Assembly: GCA_003971905.1 (NCBI GenBank) | Contig: RSEE01000014.1 | Coordinates: 310,001 to 374,000 of the forward strand | Direction: 5' to 3' | DNA length: 64,000 bases | From: Moniliella sp. 'wahieum' | Taxonomy: Eukaryota | Part shown: positions 23,889-37,212 of the stretch, one piece after another | Numbering within the stretch: the first letter of the stretch is position 1 | Layout: every line of letters begins with the position of its first letter | Made by a program: the position numbers and the translations under genes | Notes under the pieces: model-generated | Seen by the model: the letters and a program-made list of their open reading frames with translations, nothing else | Database searches by the model: none | What the model was told of the DNA's origin: nothing

Positions 23889-26800
23889 CTAGCGCCGTGG
23901 TTTCTTGGTAGCCCCCGACCCCGATGTGGCGGACGCGGTACCCGACTTACGCTTTGCGCTGGCCGCCTCGCCTAGGCCCAGCGCTTGATTGATCGATTGG
24001 CGAGCAACGGCAAGTTCTTTACGGTACTGTTTCTCGAATGTGTCCACCAAGCCGAGCACGGCCGCGTCCAACGCATTGAACCGTCGTGCATTGGCCATCA
24101 TCAGTGCCACATCGTCCGTGAAGCCCTTGACCGAAACGTACTGGTCCGTCTTGAGTTTGGTTTCGATCAAGGACAAGTCGCGTGCGTCTTGCTTGGGGAT
24201 CACAGTAAAGTAATGTGGGATGCCCAGCGCCACAGGGTCGACCGGTTGGAGAAACAGGCCCGAGACGACGACATTGTGTTTCAACCGAGAGAGCAATCCT
24301 TGCAGCGCTCGTTTTTCAGCATACTCCAACGACGGTATCAGCGCTTTGGTCCACTCTTGCAGAAACACCGCCTCGACCGCGTCGGCGTAAATGTAGGGCA
24401 CCGTCGTGGGGGGATTGAATTGGCGTGCATTGGCAAAGATCAGCAGGGCGTCCGAAGCAAACTCGCTCATGCGTGTGTACGCGCCACTGGCTACTTTTTC
24501 TCCATGGTACCCAAGTCCATCGGGTGTGCAATCTCCTCCAGGTAGGGGGTGCACCATCCAAGATTGGATCGACAGGACGGAGGAAGAAAATCGCTTCGGG
24601 AACCTTCTTTAACGCTTGAAGTACCGCACGCGCCCGCTTGGGATGGAAGGGCATCTTGCCCGCCGCACCCACCGGATCCGTCAAGGCCAGCTCGGGCTGT
24701 GCCTCACCGTGGGAGGACTTGGACTTGGGCTTGACTTGGCTCGATCCAGCTGGTGACGCCGAGGTGGAGTGGACAGGTGCTGCGGAAGGTCGCGGGGGTG
24801 GCTTCGAAGGAGGGACAGGAGGGGGAGGCTTTGGATTGGTGGTTCAGTTGCAGGAGGGGGGAATGGGAGACGGAAGGGGGGCGGCACGGAGGGGGCAGCA
24901 GCGACTGGGGACGCCGGCGAAGGCGAAACGCGCGTTGGTGCCGGCATGGATGCTCTTGGTTTGCTCAACTTCATTTTGATTTTGGGCACGCTGACCTCCG
25001 ATCCGCCAGCGGCAACGGGCGGTGGCTTTGTCGGTGCCGGTGCCGATGCAACGACGCGGGAGCGGCTGGAGCCGAAGCGCGGGGTTTGAACTTCAGCTTG
25101 ACGGGTTTCGTTTTGGGGGGTGGCGGAGGAGGCGCTGCGGGGGTGCCGCCGTGATGGCAAGTGGAGCATCGTCGTCTTCCTCTCCATCCGATTCGGGGGG
25201 TGGGAGAGGCCGCGTGGTTTGGGCCAAGGGCTCGTCCTCATCCTCGTCCGAGGCTTGGGCTGCCTTGGCAGCTTGGGCCTTGTGCTTCTTCGGCTGCTTG
25301 AATGGTGCGGGTGATCTGGTCCAGTGACGATCAAACCTTGCCCAACTTGTCCGCTTCCATGTGGACAAACGCGCGTGGGTCAGGCGTGTAGGCCTTGGCG
25401 TTGCGGACCATCAGATCAAAGTCGGCCTTGAAGGCAAAGCGATCGGATAGAGTCCCGAATTGAGTTTGTTCTCGATCGTTGACAGTCCATGGGCTCCGAG
25501 ATGACCGAAAGGTAGGGGCGTTGTCTCGTACCGGGTCGACCGGGTTCTTGAACAGCCATGCGTGCTGAGAAGCATGCAGGTTGCGCAAACAGTTGCGCGA
25601 GGCCGTGACGTCCATCGGACCCATGCCCGACGACTGCTCCTTTGGCACTGGCTTGGACTTCTTGGCCTTCCCTCCGCGAAGCGTGAGTTTGGGTAGTGAG
25701 CGCTCGCGCCGCTTGGGATCAAACGCAACCCCCCGTGAGGGTGCATCGACTGGGACATGGTCAGTCAGAATCGGCATACAAGTCTCATCAAGGAGAGGGC
25801 ACGTACGAGTTGAGCCAGGAGCGTCCGCGTTGATCCGCAACGTTAAGCGAGGCGCCGTGACGGGCATCTTGGGCATGGCCGGAAGCTCTGTTTCCGGTGC
25901 CGGTTTGAACAACAACTCCCCAGCTTAAGCAGCGCCCAGCGCCCCATCTCATCCGCATGCGGATCGAGCAGGGCCCAAAAAGCCCTGACGAATGGCGGCA
26001 GATCGCCCCACACTCTCTTCGAACGATGCGGAGGACTTGACCCAAATCGGCTTGACGGGCCCGGTCCGCCTCTCTGGTCGCCCCTAGCGCATCCAGCTCT
26101 GACTCAACATAAATGGTCGTCGGTTTCAGTCGCCATGCACGTTGGTCGCAATGGCCACCGCAGGGACTCGACGACTAGGCGAGCGAGGGTTACGCTTGAC
26201 CACTTGGCTCTCATCCAAGCGGAGAATGGAAAAGACGTAGCGCGCAACAATCTTGTGCTGAATGCCACCCAAGAGAAGGAGACAGTTGAACGCTGCCAGG
26301 CGAGGGGGGACAAAGTGCCGGGACGGGTGTAGACAAAAGAACAGTTGTAGGTCCACAGGGCGCAGGCTCGCGAGCATACTAGCCAGATGGAAATCGAGCG
26401 AGGCAATGGACACCACGTTGTGGTATGCTGGCACGAGCATGTCCAACTCCGGCAAGACTCGACCTCGTTGACAGCCGCTTGCAGCAACTGTTCATCTTCG
26501 CTTGGTGGGGCGGAGCGGCGATGAGGTTGTGTCGGCGGGGAGAAAGGCAAGCGCGATCGGTTGATCAGGCCGGCAACATAATAGTCGTCTGACAATTGTT
26601 GGTCGAGTTGTCGTTGTAGCGCAGCGCATTGACCAGGAATCGGGCGTACGTGGCCAAAAGGCCGGCCATTCTGGTCGCGCACTCGCGCAATGGCATGGAT
26701 GATCGTCCGGCGCAAAAAGTAGTCGGCCAGATCGCTAAAGTCGTTGGCTCGTGGTACGATGAGAAGGTCAAGCGGATGCTTAGGCTCATACTCGGGTGGT

Positions 26801-29263
26801 TGTGGGTAGCAATACCGGAACTGGAAAAGTTTGTAGAGGTGAAAGAGCCCGATAAAGTCCAGTGACTCGATTGCGCAGTTGACCAGGGATTGGGCCGCCT
26901 CGTCCGTACACGAAAAAGTAGCGGTCCACGAGCACGGTACGCGTCAGCAACGAGCTCACCACCGTCGATGGCATACCTGACAAGGCCTTGATCGCACCCA
27001 GTGAGCAACAATGTCCCGATCCCGCTCCAGCTGAGACGCCCACATCCACGGCTCTTGTTGGAAGGTGAAGTCTGCGAGCCACTCAAACTCGGCATCAAGC
27101 CGGATCCACTCGTAAGGAGCATTGTTCATGTCCACTTCCTCTTGTTCCGTCCAATCTGCCACGCGCCACTCTTCGCGTGTGCCCTCATCCTCCCACTGTC
27201 CATAGATGAAGCCAAGGTCCATGAGACCCATTGCCTCACGCGCCTCTTCATCACCAGCGGCAGCAGCAGCAGCAGCTTCTTGCGAGCTTGAAATCGCTTG
27301 GTGTTGCGGCGGACACGCTTGTACTTTGTGTTGAAAGGCACGTCCACTCGTTTGTCCAAAACATCAATCTCAATCACATGCTCGTACGGTGTGCCGTCAG
27401 CCTCGTGGATTCGTACCGTCATTTGTCCTTCAAACGTTGGATGGGATTGGAGTAGATTGCGTCCGTTGGGTTGGTCTGGGCAAAGCGATAGGCGGCGCAC
27501 TCTTGTTGGATTCGCATCTCGATAATAAACTTTTTTCGGTTGAAGCTGGCAGTGACTGTGAAGCGCGGACACCCCGACCCGTGAATCCACTGTTCAGTAA
27601 AGGTGGAAAGATCCACACCTTGAAGTTTGCGACACAAGCGGAGAAAATGGGAGGTACTGAGCACATTGCTGTCCAAGCTCCCCGTCAGTGCCTCCATAAA
27701 GATCCGGTTCAACGCCCGATTCAACCCAAAGGACGAGCCCACCTTGGCCAATTTGCGGTCGAGAATGTGCAAGACCAGGGGGCTTTGAGGTTGATGAAGG
27801 ACAAGAAGGTGCTATCGGGTGGCTCGGTCAGTCCCGGTTGGAACAAAGGCGGCATGCCCACATCCATGTTGATGAGCCGATCCACATCCTTGCGTAACCG
27901 GAACCGATACTCGTTGTTGCCCCAAACCCGACGGAGGAACATCCCGCCATGTGTAGGCTCACACCATGAATCAACCACGTGTCGGCCCACGAGCGCTGGA
28001 TCACGTTAATCCCGATCCACTGCCATGCAATGGCATGAGCCACGATCTGATGCGTTTCATAAGCTTGGTCAATGATGGCGGGTGGGTGCAAAAGGTCTGA
28101 AGAGCAAATAGCAAGGGTCGAGCCAATGTGGCAATCTACCATTGGCTCCTCGACAAAGACGACAGCAAACGAGTCGAACGGATAGGAACCATAGTCGCGC
28201 GCGAAAAAGTCGAGTGCGGTACGGGTAAACCCGATGGAATGTACCATCATTTCCTCCTGTCCTGGGAGGGCGTGCCCCAGGACTTGGGGCTCCTTGGCTG
28301 GAGCGGCAGCAATAGGCGGGGGGCGGCGGCCCCTGCATCCTTGTCGCCTGGAGCGGTCGGTGCAAGTGGTTGGCCTGGACGCACTGAAGGCGCAAAGCTG
28401 TGTTGCTCAAACGGTCCTACAGCAAATGCAATGTGCTGGACCGTGGTGGGTGCGGCATGCTCAAAGGACCAGAGCACCTTAGTGGGATCGTGGGGGTGGG
28501 CGACCGTCTCGAGCAAGGTGCCAGAGCAGACAACCGCCACCTCGGCCACCTCGGCAGGGCCAGCAGCAGGAAGAGCGAGGTGGCGGGGGACTACAAAGTC
28601 CAAGCGCCACGTGCATCGATCCCACAGGTTGTCGAGGCATGGCACCCAACACCGTGCCCAGTCAGGGCAACTAGGAGAGGTGTAGAGATGAGGGAGGCGG
28701 TGAGGGCTGTCCGGGGTAGGGCGGACAAGGCGTAAGGCCTGCGACATCTCGTCCAGTACATATTCGATCCGCACCTGCAGGGCTCTCCTCCCCGTCCTCC
28801 CCCATAGACACGTCGACGTCATCGGGAAGGCGGATGGACAGCTCGCCTGCGCGCCGTCGCTGGCCGCAGCAAAAAGGCGGCGCTTCAGAGCCGGGTAGCT
28901 GTGCACGTCGGGGGGAGGCTGCGGGGGCTGGGTCTGGGCGTGAGGGTACGCCTGCTGCTGGGGCTGGTTGGACGACTGGGAAGGGGCAGCAGAAAGGTCG
29001 TTGTGAGCATAGGCGGCTGGGGTGCCGTTGACGCGCACGGCGAGCACGCGTGCACAGCGCAGATGGAGGTGGACGGAGCGCAGGCCGGCGGCGGTGGGGA
29101 CGAGGGTGAGCTCGGTGTACCCGGCCGCAGCGGGAGCGCCGTCCAGAGAGAGTTCAAGGGCGACGTGCTGGTGGAGCAGCGCCACGCCGCGCCCAGCTGG
29201 CATTGGAGTGTGGCGTCGCCAAGGGAGACGGCGGTGGTGGAGATGCCCGTCGGACGCGGCCAT
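23889..29263 (-). CDS. TAF2: TFIID subunit TAF2 with three C-terminal bromodomains (many frameshifts)
   Basis: Aminopeptidase-like TAF2 motifs [74 protein letters not shown]. Bromodomains [29 protein letters not shown] and [15 protein letters not shown]. Confidence 0.93.
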
Positions 29264-29406
29264 AAGGCAACGGCTGCCGGCAGGCGGAATGGGCGCGCGC
29301 CCAATTCCGCCGGGCGCTCCTGCTGGCGCTGGCTGTCGGCCTCCTGCGGCGAATTCCGGGCTGCTGCCGCCACCACACGCCGACGCCCCCCCCCGCCACC
29401 ACCAGC

Positions 29407-30343
29407 ATGGGATTCGATCTGGACGCGTGCATCAGCAGCCTGCTCAACAAGCAGCTCCTCGGCGAGGCGCTGCTCAAGGAGATCTGCGAAAAGACCAAGG
29501 AGCTGCTCATGCGGAGAGCAACGTGGTCCACATTGCTGCCCCTGTTACTGTTGTGGGCGACATCCACGGCCAATTTTACGACTGATCGAGATCTTCCGCA
29601 TCGGCGGCTTCTGTCCCAACACCAACTATCTCTTCTTGGGAGACTATGTGGACCGCGGGCTGTTCTCCGTTGAGACCATCTCCTTGCTCACCTGTCTCAA
29701 GCTGCGCTACCCCGATCGCGTCCAACTCATCCGCGGCAACCACGAGTCGCGAGCCGTAACGCAGACCTATGGGTTTTATACCGAGTGCACACGCAAGTAT
29801 GGATCGGCCAACGTGTGGCAATACTTTACCGACATGTTTGACTTTCTCACCCTCAGTGTCGTAATTGACGACCGGATCTTTTGTGTCCATGGCGGCCTGT
29901 CGCCCAGTGTGCACTACATTGATCAGATCAAAATCATTGACCGCTTCCGCGAAATCCCGCACGATGGCCCGATGGCCGACCTGGTTTGGTCCGACCCCGA
30001 CCCGGACAAGGAGGAGTTTGCACTGAGCCCGCGCGGAGCTGGCTATACATTGGGGCGTCGGTGGTCAAGCATTTCCTCGAGTTGAACGACATGAGCCATA
30101 TTTGCGCGCTCACCAACTCTGCATGGCCGGGTACAGTGTGCAGTACGACGACCGCTCTCCACCGTCTGGTCCGCGCCCAACTACTGTTACCGATGCGGCA
30201 ACTTGGCCTCCATTCTCGAAGTTGGGCCAGGCGGGACACGACACTTCGAAACCTTTGAAGCGGCGCCAGAGAACGATATAGATGGCCCCCAGCAGGTGAC
30301 GGAGAATAGTGCGCAGTATGACTGTGTTAACTACTTCCTCTAG
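29407..30343 (+). CDS. PPG1: PP2A-related Ser/Thr phosphatase catalytic subunit (PPG1-like)
   Basis: [39 protein letters not shown]-terminal YFL*. The N-terminus MGFDLDACI and QTYGFYTEC fit the Ppg1 type. Confidence 0.85.
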
Positions 30344-30533
30344 TCGCCTGCCTGATACCCCCTCCGCTCGCTGGCTTGTCCTTCGCCTGTACGAAAAGAA
30401 AAGGCCTGGTGCCCCCTGCCTACTGTATGCATACTGCCTGAGCCCAAAGCATCATGAGATCGATTCAATGTGATTCTTAGGGCAATCCCCTCCGTTCCTC
30501 AACAGGCTGCAAAGATACTTCCTTGTCAGTCCC

Positions 30534-32514
30534 TTACTGGCCAGGCAAGTGGTGAGACGGTAAATCTTGGTCAAGCCATCGGCACCGGCCGAGGCGATGT
30601 GCTGTTCGTCCAAAAAGACGGTAGCCGTCACGCCACCCGCATGAGCATCCTTGATGGCCAGGCGCTTCATAGGCTTGGCGACCGACCAAACATAGACATG
30701 CGTGTCCAAACTGCCCGACACGGCAAACTGAGAATCGGGCGACCAGGCAATCGACTCGACCCGCGCCGTATGGAAGACCCAGTGAACAATCTTGGGCGTC
30801 ACCTCCTCCCCGCCCTTGCCCGCCAAGAGACTAGTCGTATCATACACCACAATTTTCCCGCTTGACTCTCCCACGGCGAGAAGTTTGCCATCGGGACTGA
30901 ACGAGACGGCCGTCACAGCGGACCGGTTGGCGCTCAGGGGAGCCAAGGGCTTGATGCTGCCTGCTACCAGGTAGAGGTTGACCTTGGACGATTCCAACCC
31001 CACAGCCAACGGTGCCCGAGGCCGTCGCGTACGCCGAGATGGCCGTCGCACCCTCGAGGGCAATTTGTTGTGAGGCTGAGCCCACCACATCCACCCCACT
31101 CGTGGTCACCACAAACACCCCACCTTTGCCGTCCAAGGCCACCATGAGTGCGTGGTTGGCCATGCAGGCTCTCCTTCTTGCTCTCCGCCAGAAGAAGAGG
31201 GTTGACCTTCTCACCCTTGGGTACCTCGGCAGCAGGAACAAACGTCTGTAGCGTATCGTCCAGAGTCGCACCAATCAATTTGCCGTCCTTGGTGCTTCAA
31301 GAGCCACAACGGCCGCCGAGGCCGTACCAGAGGCGCCCTTATCAAACGTCACCGCTGCACAGGGCGGGCCGCCTCCCTGGCCAAAGTCCAAGGAATGAGA
31401 GAGGTCGTAGGTAACCCTCCCATCGTAGCTTGCTGCCGAAAGCTGCAGATTTTGACCTGCGACCGAGCCCGTCACCGCCAGGTCGGTCACCCCCTTGGTG
31501 GGGCCCAGGAGAGGGGTGAGCTCTGCACCTGAAGTAAAGCCCGAGGGGAAGCCACCTCCGTCAACACCCCACGCACGCTCTGTGCCACAAGCGAAGTAGG
31601 CGAGGTGAAGGTAAGAGCAACCAGTTGGTCACCGCCTTGTGTGCTGCCAGAACCCAGGTCCACTTCGAGAGCAGTTTCCCTTCCACCTTATCTCCCTGCG
31701 CGCTCAGTTCATACACTTTCACCTTGCCATCGGCGCCCGCCGACGCCAACACGTCCTCCTTACCAGGGAAAAAGCCCAAGGCATAGATGGTACCTTGGCC
31801 TTGGCCGACCTGGCCCACGGGGGTGCCGTCCTTGCCGTGCAAGATAGCAATGGACCCATCCGAACCAGCGGCCGCGGCATACGTGCCTCCGGGGCTGAAC
31901 GCGGCAGCATGAACAAACTTGGACAAGGGCGCACCGTTTGGGCGAGCTTGTAGGGCACACCAGTGTACCAGCCCAGCTGGGTGTCGTCCGATGCAGTCAG
32001 GGCGCGGTAGGGACGCTGCCGGTTGATGGCCACGGCATTGATCGGTTTGGAGTGGCCCTCGATGGTGCCTACGCTGCTGCCAGAATCAAGGAGGAAGGCG
32101 GTGCCGAACTTCTCGCGGCCATCGCCGACAGCGATGAGACGCTTGCTTTCGGCGTCCCAGCAATGTCCTTGACGGGGCCCGTGAGAGCCTTGTGCTCCAG
32201 CTTGAGCACCTTATCGCCGGCAACCAGGTCCCACACGCGGACGGTGCCACTTGCGTCGCCTGTGGCGGCGTAGAAGCCAGTGGGCTGACCTGGACGGCGG
32301 TGATGGGCTGGGTATGCTCCACGTACGTCGACGTGCCGGGGGAGGCAAACGTGATGGGGCCGGCGGCGGCGGGAGGGTTGCCGAGGGAGCGAGGACGAGG
32401 GAGCGGGCGGGGGTAGAGCAGCTGGCGGGTCTGCGGGTGGAAGGCGAGCTTGGCTGCGCTCCCGCGCTCGCCCGACGGGTTGGCGGCGAGCACACTGAGC
32501 AGCTGAGATGCCAT
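30534..32514 (-). CDS. AIP1: WD40 actin-interacting protein 1 (Aip1/WDR1)
   Basis: N-terminus ANPSGERG, YAATGDASGTVRVWD, RQRPYRALTASDD, GVPYK, WVFHTARVESIAWSPD, SGSLDTHVYVWS, IKDAHAGG. Exact stop uncertain. Confidence 0.9.
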
Positions 32515-32847
32515 GGAGAGGTGTTAGCCGAGGCAGCGGGGTGTGGTGGTGGGGGGGGGCGCAGCGCAGCGCACTTGTTGTGCTGTGCTGTGCGCTGCGC
32601 GTGGGCGGCCGCCGCTCACGTAACCAGCCGCGCCACGTTGGCACCCTCGCTCGGGCCATCGTGGCTGGCTCTGATCTGTGATCTCGGATCTCTGATCTCT
32701 GTGGTCCCAGGGCGGGGCAAATGGGTCGTGTCACCAAGCAGGTTAGCCACTACGCCTCGCTTCTACCTATCTGCACCCCCACCCACCTCTATCGCAACAC
32801 AAGTGCAATCACACCAACATGCGTCCCCACACACAACCAGAAACACG

Positions 32848-34664
32848 CTATTTCTTGATCAACACTCGGCCTTGCGGATCTGCTCCTGCGTCTCGTGGTG
32901 GAGAATCGCCTTGTAGTCCTCAATCGTAATGTCCTGTTTGGTCAGGTTGACAATCGACTTGTCCCGCACCTCCCAGATTTCGTTGGCCACCTGCTTCAGC
33001 AGGCGAAATCATGCGACACAATCACCACCCTCCTTCAAACTCCTTGATGGCCGCCGCCAGCGCGTCAATCGAGGCCATGTCCAGGTGGTTAGTTGGTTCA
33101 TCCAGAAGGATGATGTGCGGGGCTCCATGGCCACTGGGAAAAGACCACCCGGTTCCTCAGTCCATCCGACAGAGTCCGAATGGGCGACGTTTGGTGCGCT
33201 CCCGTCAGACCAAACCGGCCCAGCTGCCCGCGCCAAAACTGCACCTCCTTGTTAGGGAAGCGCGAGGCATATTTGGACTCAAAGTATTGCAACGGACTCA
33301 AATGGTACGGGAGTTGGTCCGCCGAGTGTTGCGAGTACTTGGCGAGCTTGATGCCAGGGTGACGAGTCACTGTCCCTCCACGGGCATCAGTCCCCCATCA
33401 TCAAGTTCAACAACGTGATTTCCCTGTCCCATTGGCCCCGACAATCGCCACACGCGAATCCATGTCAACGGCAAGGTCCAGCCCCCGGTACAGATAATCC
33501 TCCTTCAACCCCGAGTAGGAAAAGGCTACATTGGCAAACGCGAGGTTGGGTGGAGGCAATTTGGGCACATCCTCAAAATGAAAGCGCAGCTTCTTTGGTT
33601 CCCGAACCGGCTGTACCAAGCCTGCCGCGACCATCTTGTCGAGAATTTTTTGCTTGGACTGGGCTTGTCGGACTAGGTTGGCATAGGTTCCTGCGGAGGC
33701 AATAAAGCGCTTGATCTTGGCCATCTCCTCTTGCGCTTGTAGTAAGCTTTCATTTGGTTCACCTCATTCTCCTTCTTGACCCGTACATAGGTCGAGTAGT
33801 TACCTCCGTAGTAGACCAGTGTCTTTATCCATCGTCAGCTCCACCATGTTGGTACATACTTCGTCCATAAAGTCGGCCGAGTGGGAGTGATGACGAGGAT
33901 GTTGGGGTATTTGGACAGATAGGCTTCCAGCCATACCACGCCCCAAGTCGAGGTGGTTTGTGGGCTCGTCCAAGAGCAACATGTGGGGTTGATGAACAAG
34001 GCCGAGCTAGGGCAACGCGCATGCGCCACCCGCCCGAAAGATCTTTCGTAGGTTTCTTCATGCTCTGTGGGCTGAACCCCAGGCCATGAAGGATGGAGGA
34101 AGCCTTGGCCTCAAACGTGGCCGGATCCAGGGCATCCAATTCTTCATACATTGTCTCGATCAACAACTCGTCCACCTCGTCCGCCACCGATAGCTCTTCA
34201 ATGTGTGCCTCGAGCTTCTCCACCTTCGCCTTGGCCGAATCAATGCAGTACTGCAGTGCATTCATCTCCGACGGATCCACTTCCCCCTCCCAGATGAATG
34301 TCGATGAATTCAGGAATCTCCACGTCCCGTTCGGCTATCGATTGCAGCAGCGTTGTCTTGCCCGACCCATTCTCTCCTAGGAGGCCATAGCGTTGCCCAA
34401 AGTTGAGCGTGATGGAGCTTGCGTCGAGCAAAAGGCGACCATGGAAGGACATGGTAAAATTGTCAATGTGTACATCGCGAGACAGGGGGTCCGAGGACAA
34501 GACCCGGACGCATTGCGCTCCGTGTCGAGCGCCAGCTGGCGCATGGTGGTTGTTGGTGGAGACACAGTGTCGGGCTGACTCGAGCGCGACGAACGGCTGG
34601 ACCGTGACTTGGGGGCTTTCTTGGACGCCTTGTCCTGGCGCTTCGCCTTGGCAGCCGAAACCAT
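32848..34664 (-). CDS. ARB1: ABCF-family ATPase (Arb1/ABCF2-like)
   Basis: [75 protein letters not shown], second Walker A GANGTGKS. No transmembrane domain. Confidence 0.88.
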
Positions 34665-35386
34665 GGCGGTGGAAGTGGTGGTGTGGTGGTGGTGGTGGTG
34701 GTGATGGGGATGGCGGTGGCGGAGGGCCAATAACGGCCAAGGTGAGGCTAATGGGGCCACCACGACAGCAACCGTCCAACGCGGGAGCTGCGAGGGCGGG
34801 GGTTGTGGCGCAGGGGCCTCCCCACAAGCGGGGCACGGGGGCAGTAGGCGGGGCACGCTGCCGACGGAGACTGCTCTTGTGCAGGCAGGCTGCTATTCGT
34901 AGGAGTCACTGTCATGAGTTGTGTGGGAGACTGTGCCTGCGCTTGGGTGGCCAGCACGGGGTGGGTTCCGCCATTAGATGGGACAGACTGGGGCTGATGG
35001 TATGCTCACCATGTCGGTGGTACGCTGGTACCAGCGCAGCGCACGCGCAGCCCAGACGAGTTCACGCCGTCGTCTGGGCACTGCGGTATACGAGTTGCAT
35101 CAGTGCTTTGCCAAGGCCCAGGTTGAACATCGGCTGAAGTCTGAGAGAGCCAAGGAGAGAATCCCGAGCACCCCACAATGGTTGCGGCGGACATTCCGCA
35201 CTTCCCATTCCGCCCCGCCCTGTCAAGCCAATTTGGCGGCCTGGTTGCCCCACGCCCATCGAGGTTCGGGCTCGTGTCAGTAAATTGGGACTGGAATTTG
35301 GTACAGCATATCGACCCGCGTCCCCAGCACTCCACCCACCCACCAACGCCGCAACCACCTTGCCAGCCCCCATCTCACCCTTCCCC

Positions 35387-36317
35387 ATGGCGCGCGACAA
35401 GTCCGACAAACCCACCAAGTCTCTCCGGCTCAAGTTCAAGGGTGAATCGGACCCCCGCAAGCGCCGCAAGAAGCACCATCACTCCCGTCCGCAGGAGCAC
35501 CAGGACGAATCGGACGGCGAACAGTACGGCGGCGAGCAAGGTACGCCATTCTTCCCCTCCTTCGCCCTTCCCCTTCCTCTCCGAATAAGTGCTTGCCCTT
35601 CTGAGCTGACTCGGTACCTAGCCTGGGTTCCCATCCACCAACCCACGGACCTGCATGGTCCCTCGTACATCTTCACTGAGATTGAGGGCACGCGGTACGC
35701 CCTCGGCCTCGACTCGCTCAAACGCGTCGCCCTGCTCCGCACCAATACAGTCGACCCAGCCGAGGCGGAGGCGCTCTTGGCTGCTACCGACCAAGCTGGT
35801 GCCAGCGTTGGCAGTATTGATCCCTCGCCCGACTCGGTGTACCAAGTTTGGGTGGCCAGCCGGGTAGCAGGCTCCGAGACGTGGAACTTTCGCTCGGCCG
35901 AGGGCATGTTCCTCTCGTCTACTCCGGTCGGGGTGACTGCCAACGCTGCTTCCAGGGGCCCTCGAGGGTTGGACCCCCGAATCGGTCCAAGTGGGCGAAC
36001 CCACCCCGGCGCTGTAGGTATCACTCTCAAAACTCCAGGGGACGTACCTCGCAGCCTCGTCCGAGGGGGGCAAACCCACGCTGGTCGCCGTTCCCGATAT
36101 CACCCCCAACGCTCACTGGCACGTACGAGTTCAATGGAAGCACCGCCATTTCGCCCGGGCCGAGCAGGCCAAGGCGCAACGTACCCGTCTCCCTCCCCCC
36201 ACGCAGGCGGGGACCGTACTATCCTATGGGGGTGGCGCAAGTTCAGGAAAGTACTACTCGGCGGAGGATGCGGTGAATGCGCGCGCCAAGGCCAAGAGCG
36301 ACAAGTATGCGAAATGA
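35387..36317 (+). CDS. FRG1: FRG1-like protein (intron ~35541-35621)
   Basis: LRLKFKG..KRRKK NLS-like stretch, QVWVA..WNFRSAEGMFLS..RGP fascin-like core, and a C-terminal AKSDKYAK* resembling the FRG1 end. Confidence 0.8.
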
Positions 36318-36511
36318 TGGTTGAACGGTAAGGATATGCTCGTTGGTGGGAGGAGATATTATACTCAGCTGGACGCTTCGTAGGTTGAGTTTCAAGCTGA
36401 ATGGGTGGGGTGGGGGGGCTAAGTAACTAAGAGGAGGTAATGGCAGTATCCGTCAATGCAAATAAGAACGGGATTGTGGAAAGGTCGATGAACCATTTTC
36501 AGCAAAAAATT

Positions 36512-36599
36512 CGAATCCTGCCGGGGTCGAACCGACGACCATTACCATGACTCTCGGGCATAGCCGGAAAGTAACACTCTACCACTGAGCTAAGGATCC
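36512..36599 (-). tRNA. tRNA-Arg(CCG) with ~16-nt intron, copy 1
   Basis: GGATCCT-TA-GCTCAGTGGTAGAGT-G-TTACT-TT-CCG-G-[intron]-T-GGTAA-TGGTC-GTCGGTTCGACCCCGGC-AGGATTC-G, followed by a T6 Pol III terminator. Confidence 0.85.
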
Positions 36600-37212
36600 T
36601 GTTGCAGAAGCGTCTCAAAGTATTCCTGCTGAGCTGGTTGGATAGCACGTACTGGCAGATTGGATTCCTACCGCAGCTCTTACCCCCAATTCGAAACACA
36701 CAGGGTGGTTATGTGGCCCAGGCCAATAGGCAAAGCGTTGAATTCGACAACCACAGAAAGGCGGGGCGATGTTTCCTAAGAACAGCCTGCGGATAATCAC
36801 ATAGACATCCTCGTGTCACAACAGGCCTAGCTTGCGGTGTTGGCGATAGGCAATGGAGATGGACTCCGTGCCCAGCAAAGGAGAGCTACTAGACCTGTGG
36901 GCTGGGATAAAGGCTTTGGGGGTCGGTAGAGCCGATGTGGATGCCGTTGGCCTATTGTGGCCCGCGTGCGACTGGCGAGCAGCGTATCACTCTACGCGGC
37001 GGATGATTGCGGAATCCGGCGCAGGAGGTGACTTGGGCGTTTCAGCTGCAATTTATTGAAAGAAAGGCGCGTCACGCGTCACATGTCACTTGGCTGCGAG
37101 CGACGTGTTTTCCTTCGCGACGCGTCGAATCCTTTTTAGCTTAGCTGGGTGGCCAGCTGACTCGTCCAAGTCCGACAGCTGTCCTCGCGTCTCGGCCCCG
37201 CCACCACCCCCC

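Noticed and set aside
28901..30085. 394-aa ORF as an N-terminally extended phosphatase overlapping TAF2
   Set aside because: The upstream part is antisense TAF2 in GC-rich DNA. The real start is 29407, followed by frameshifts.
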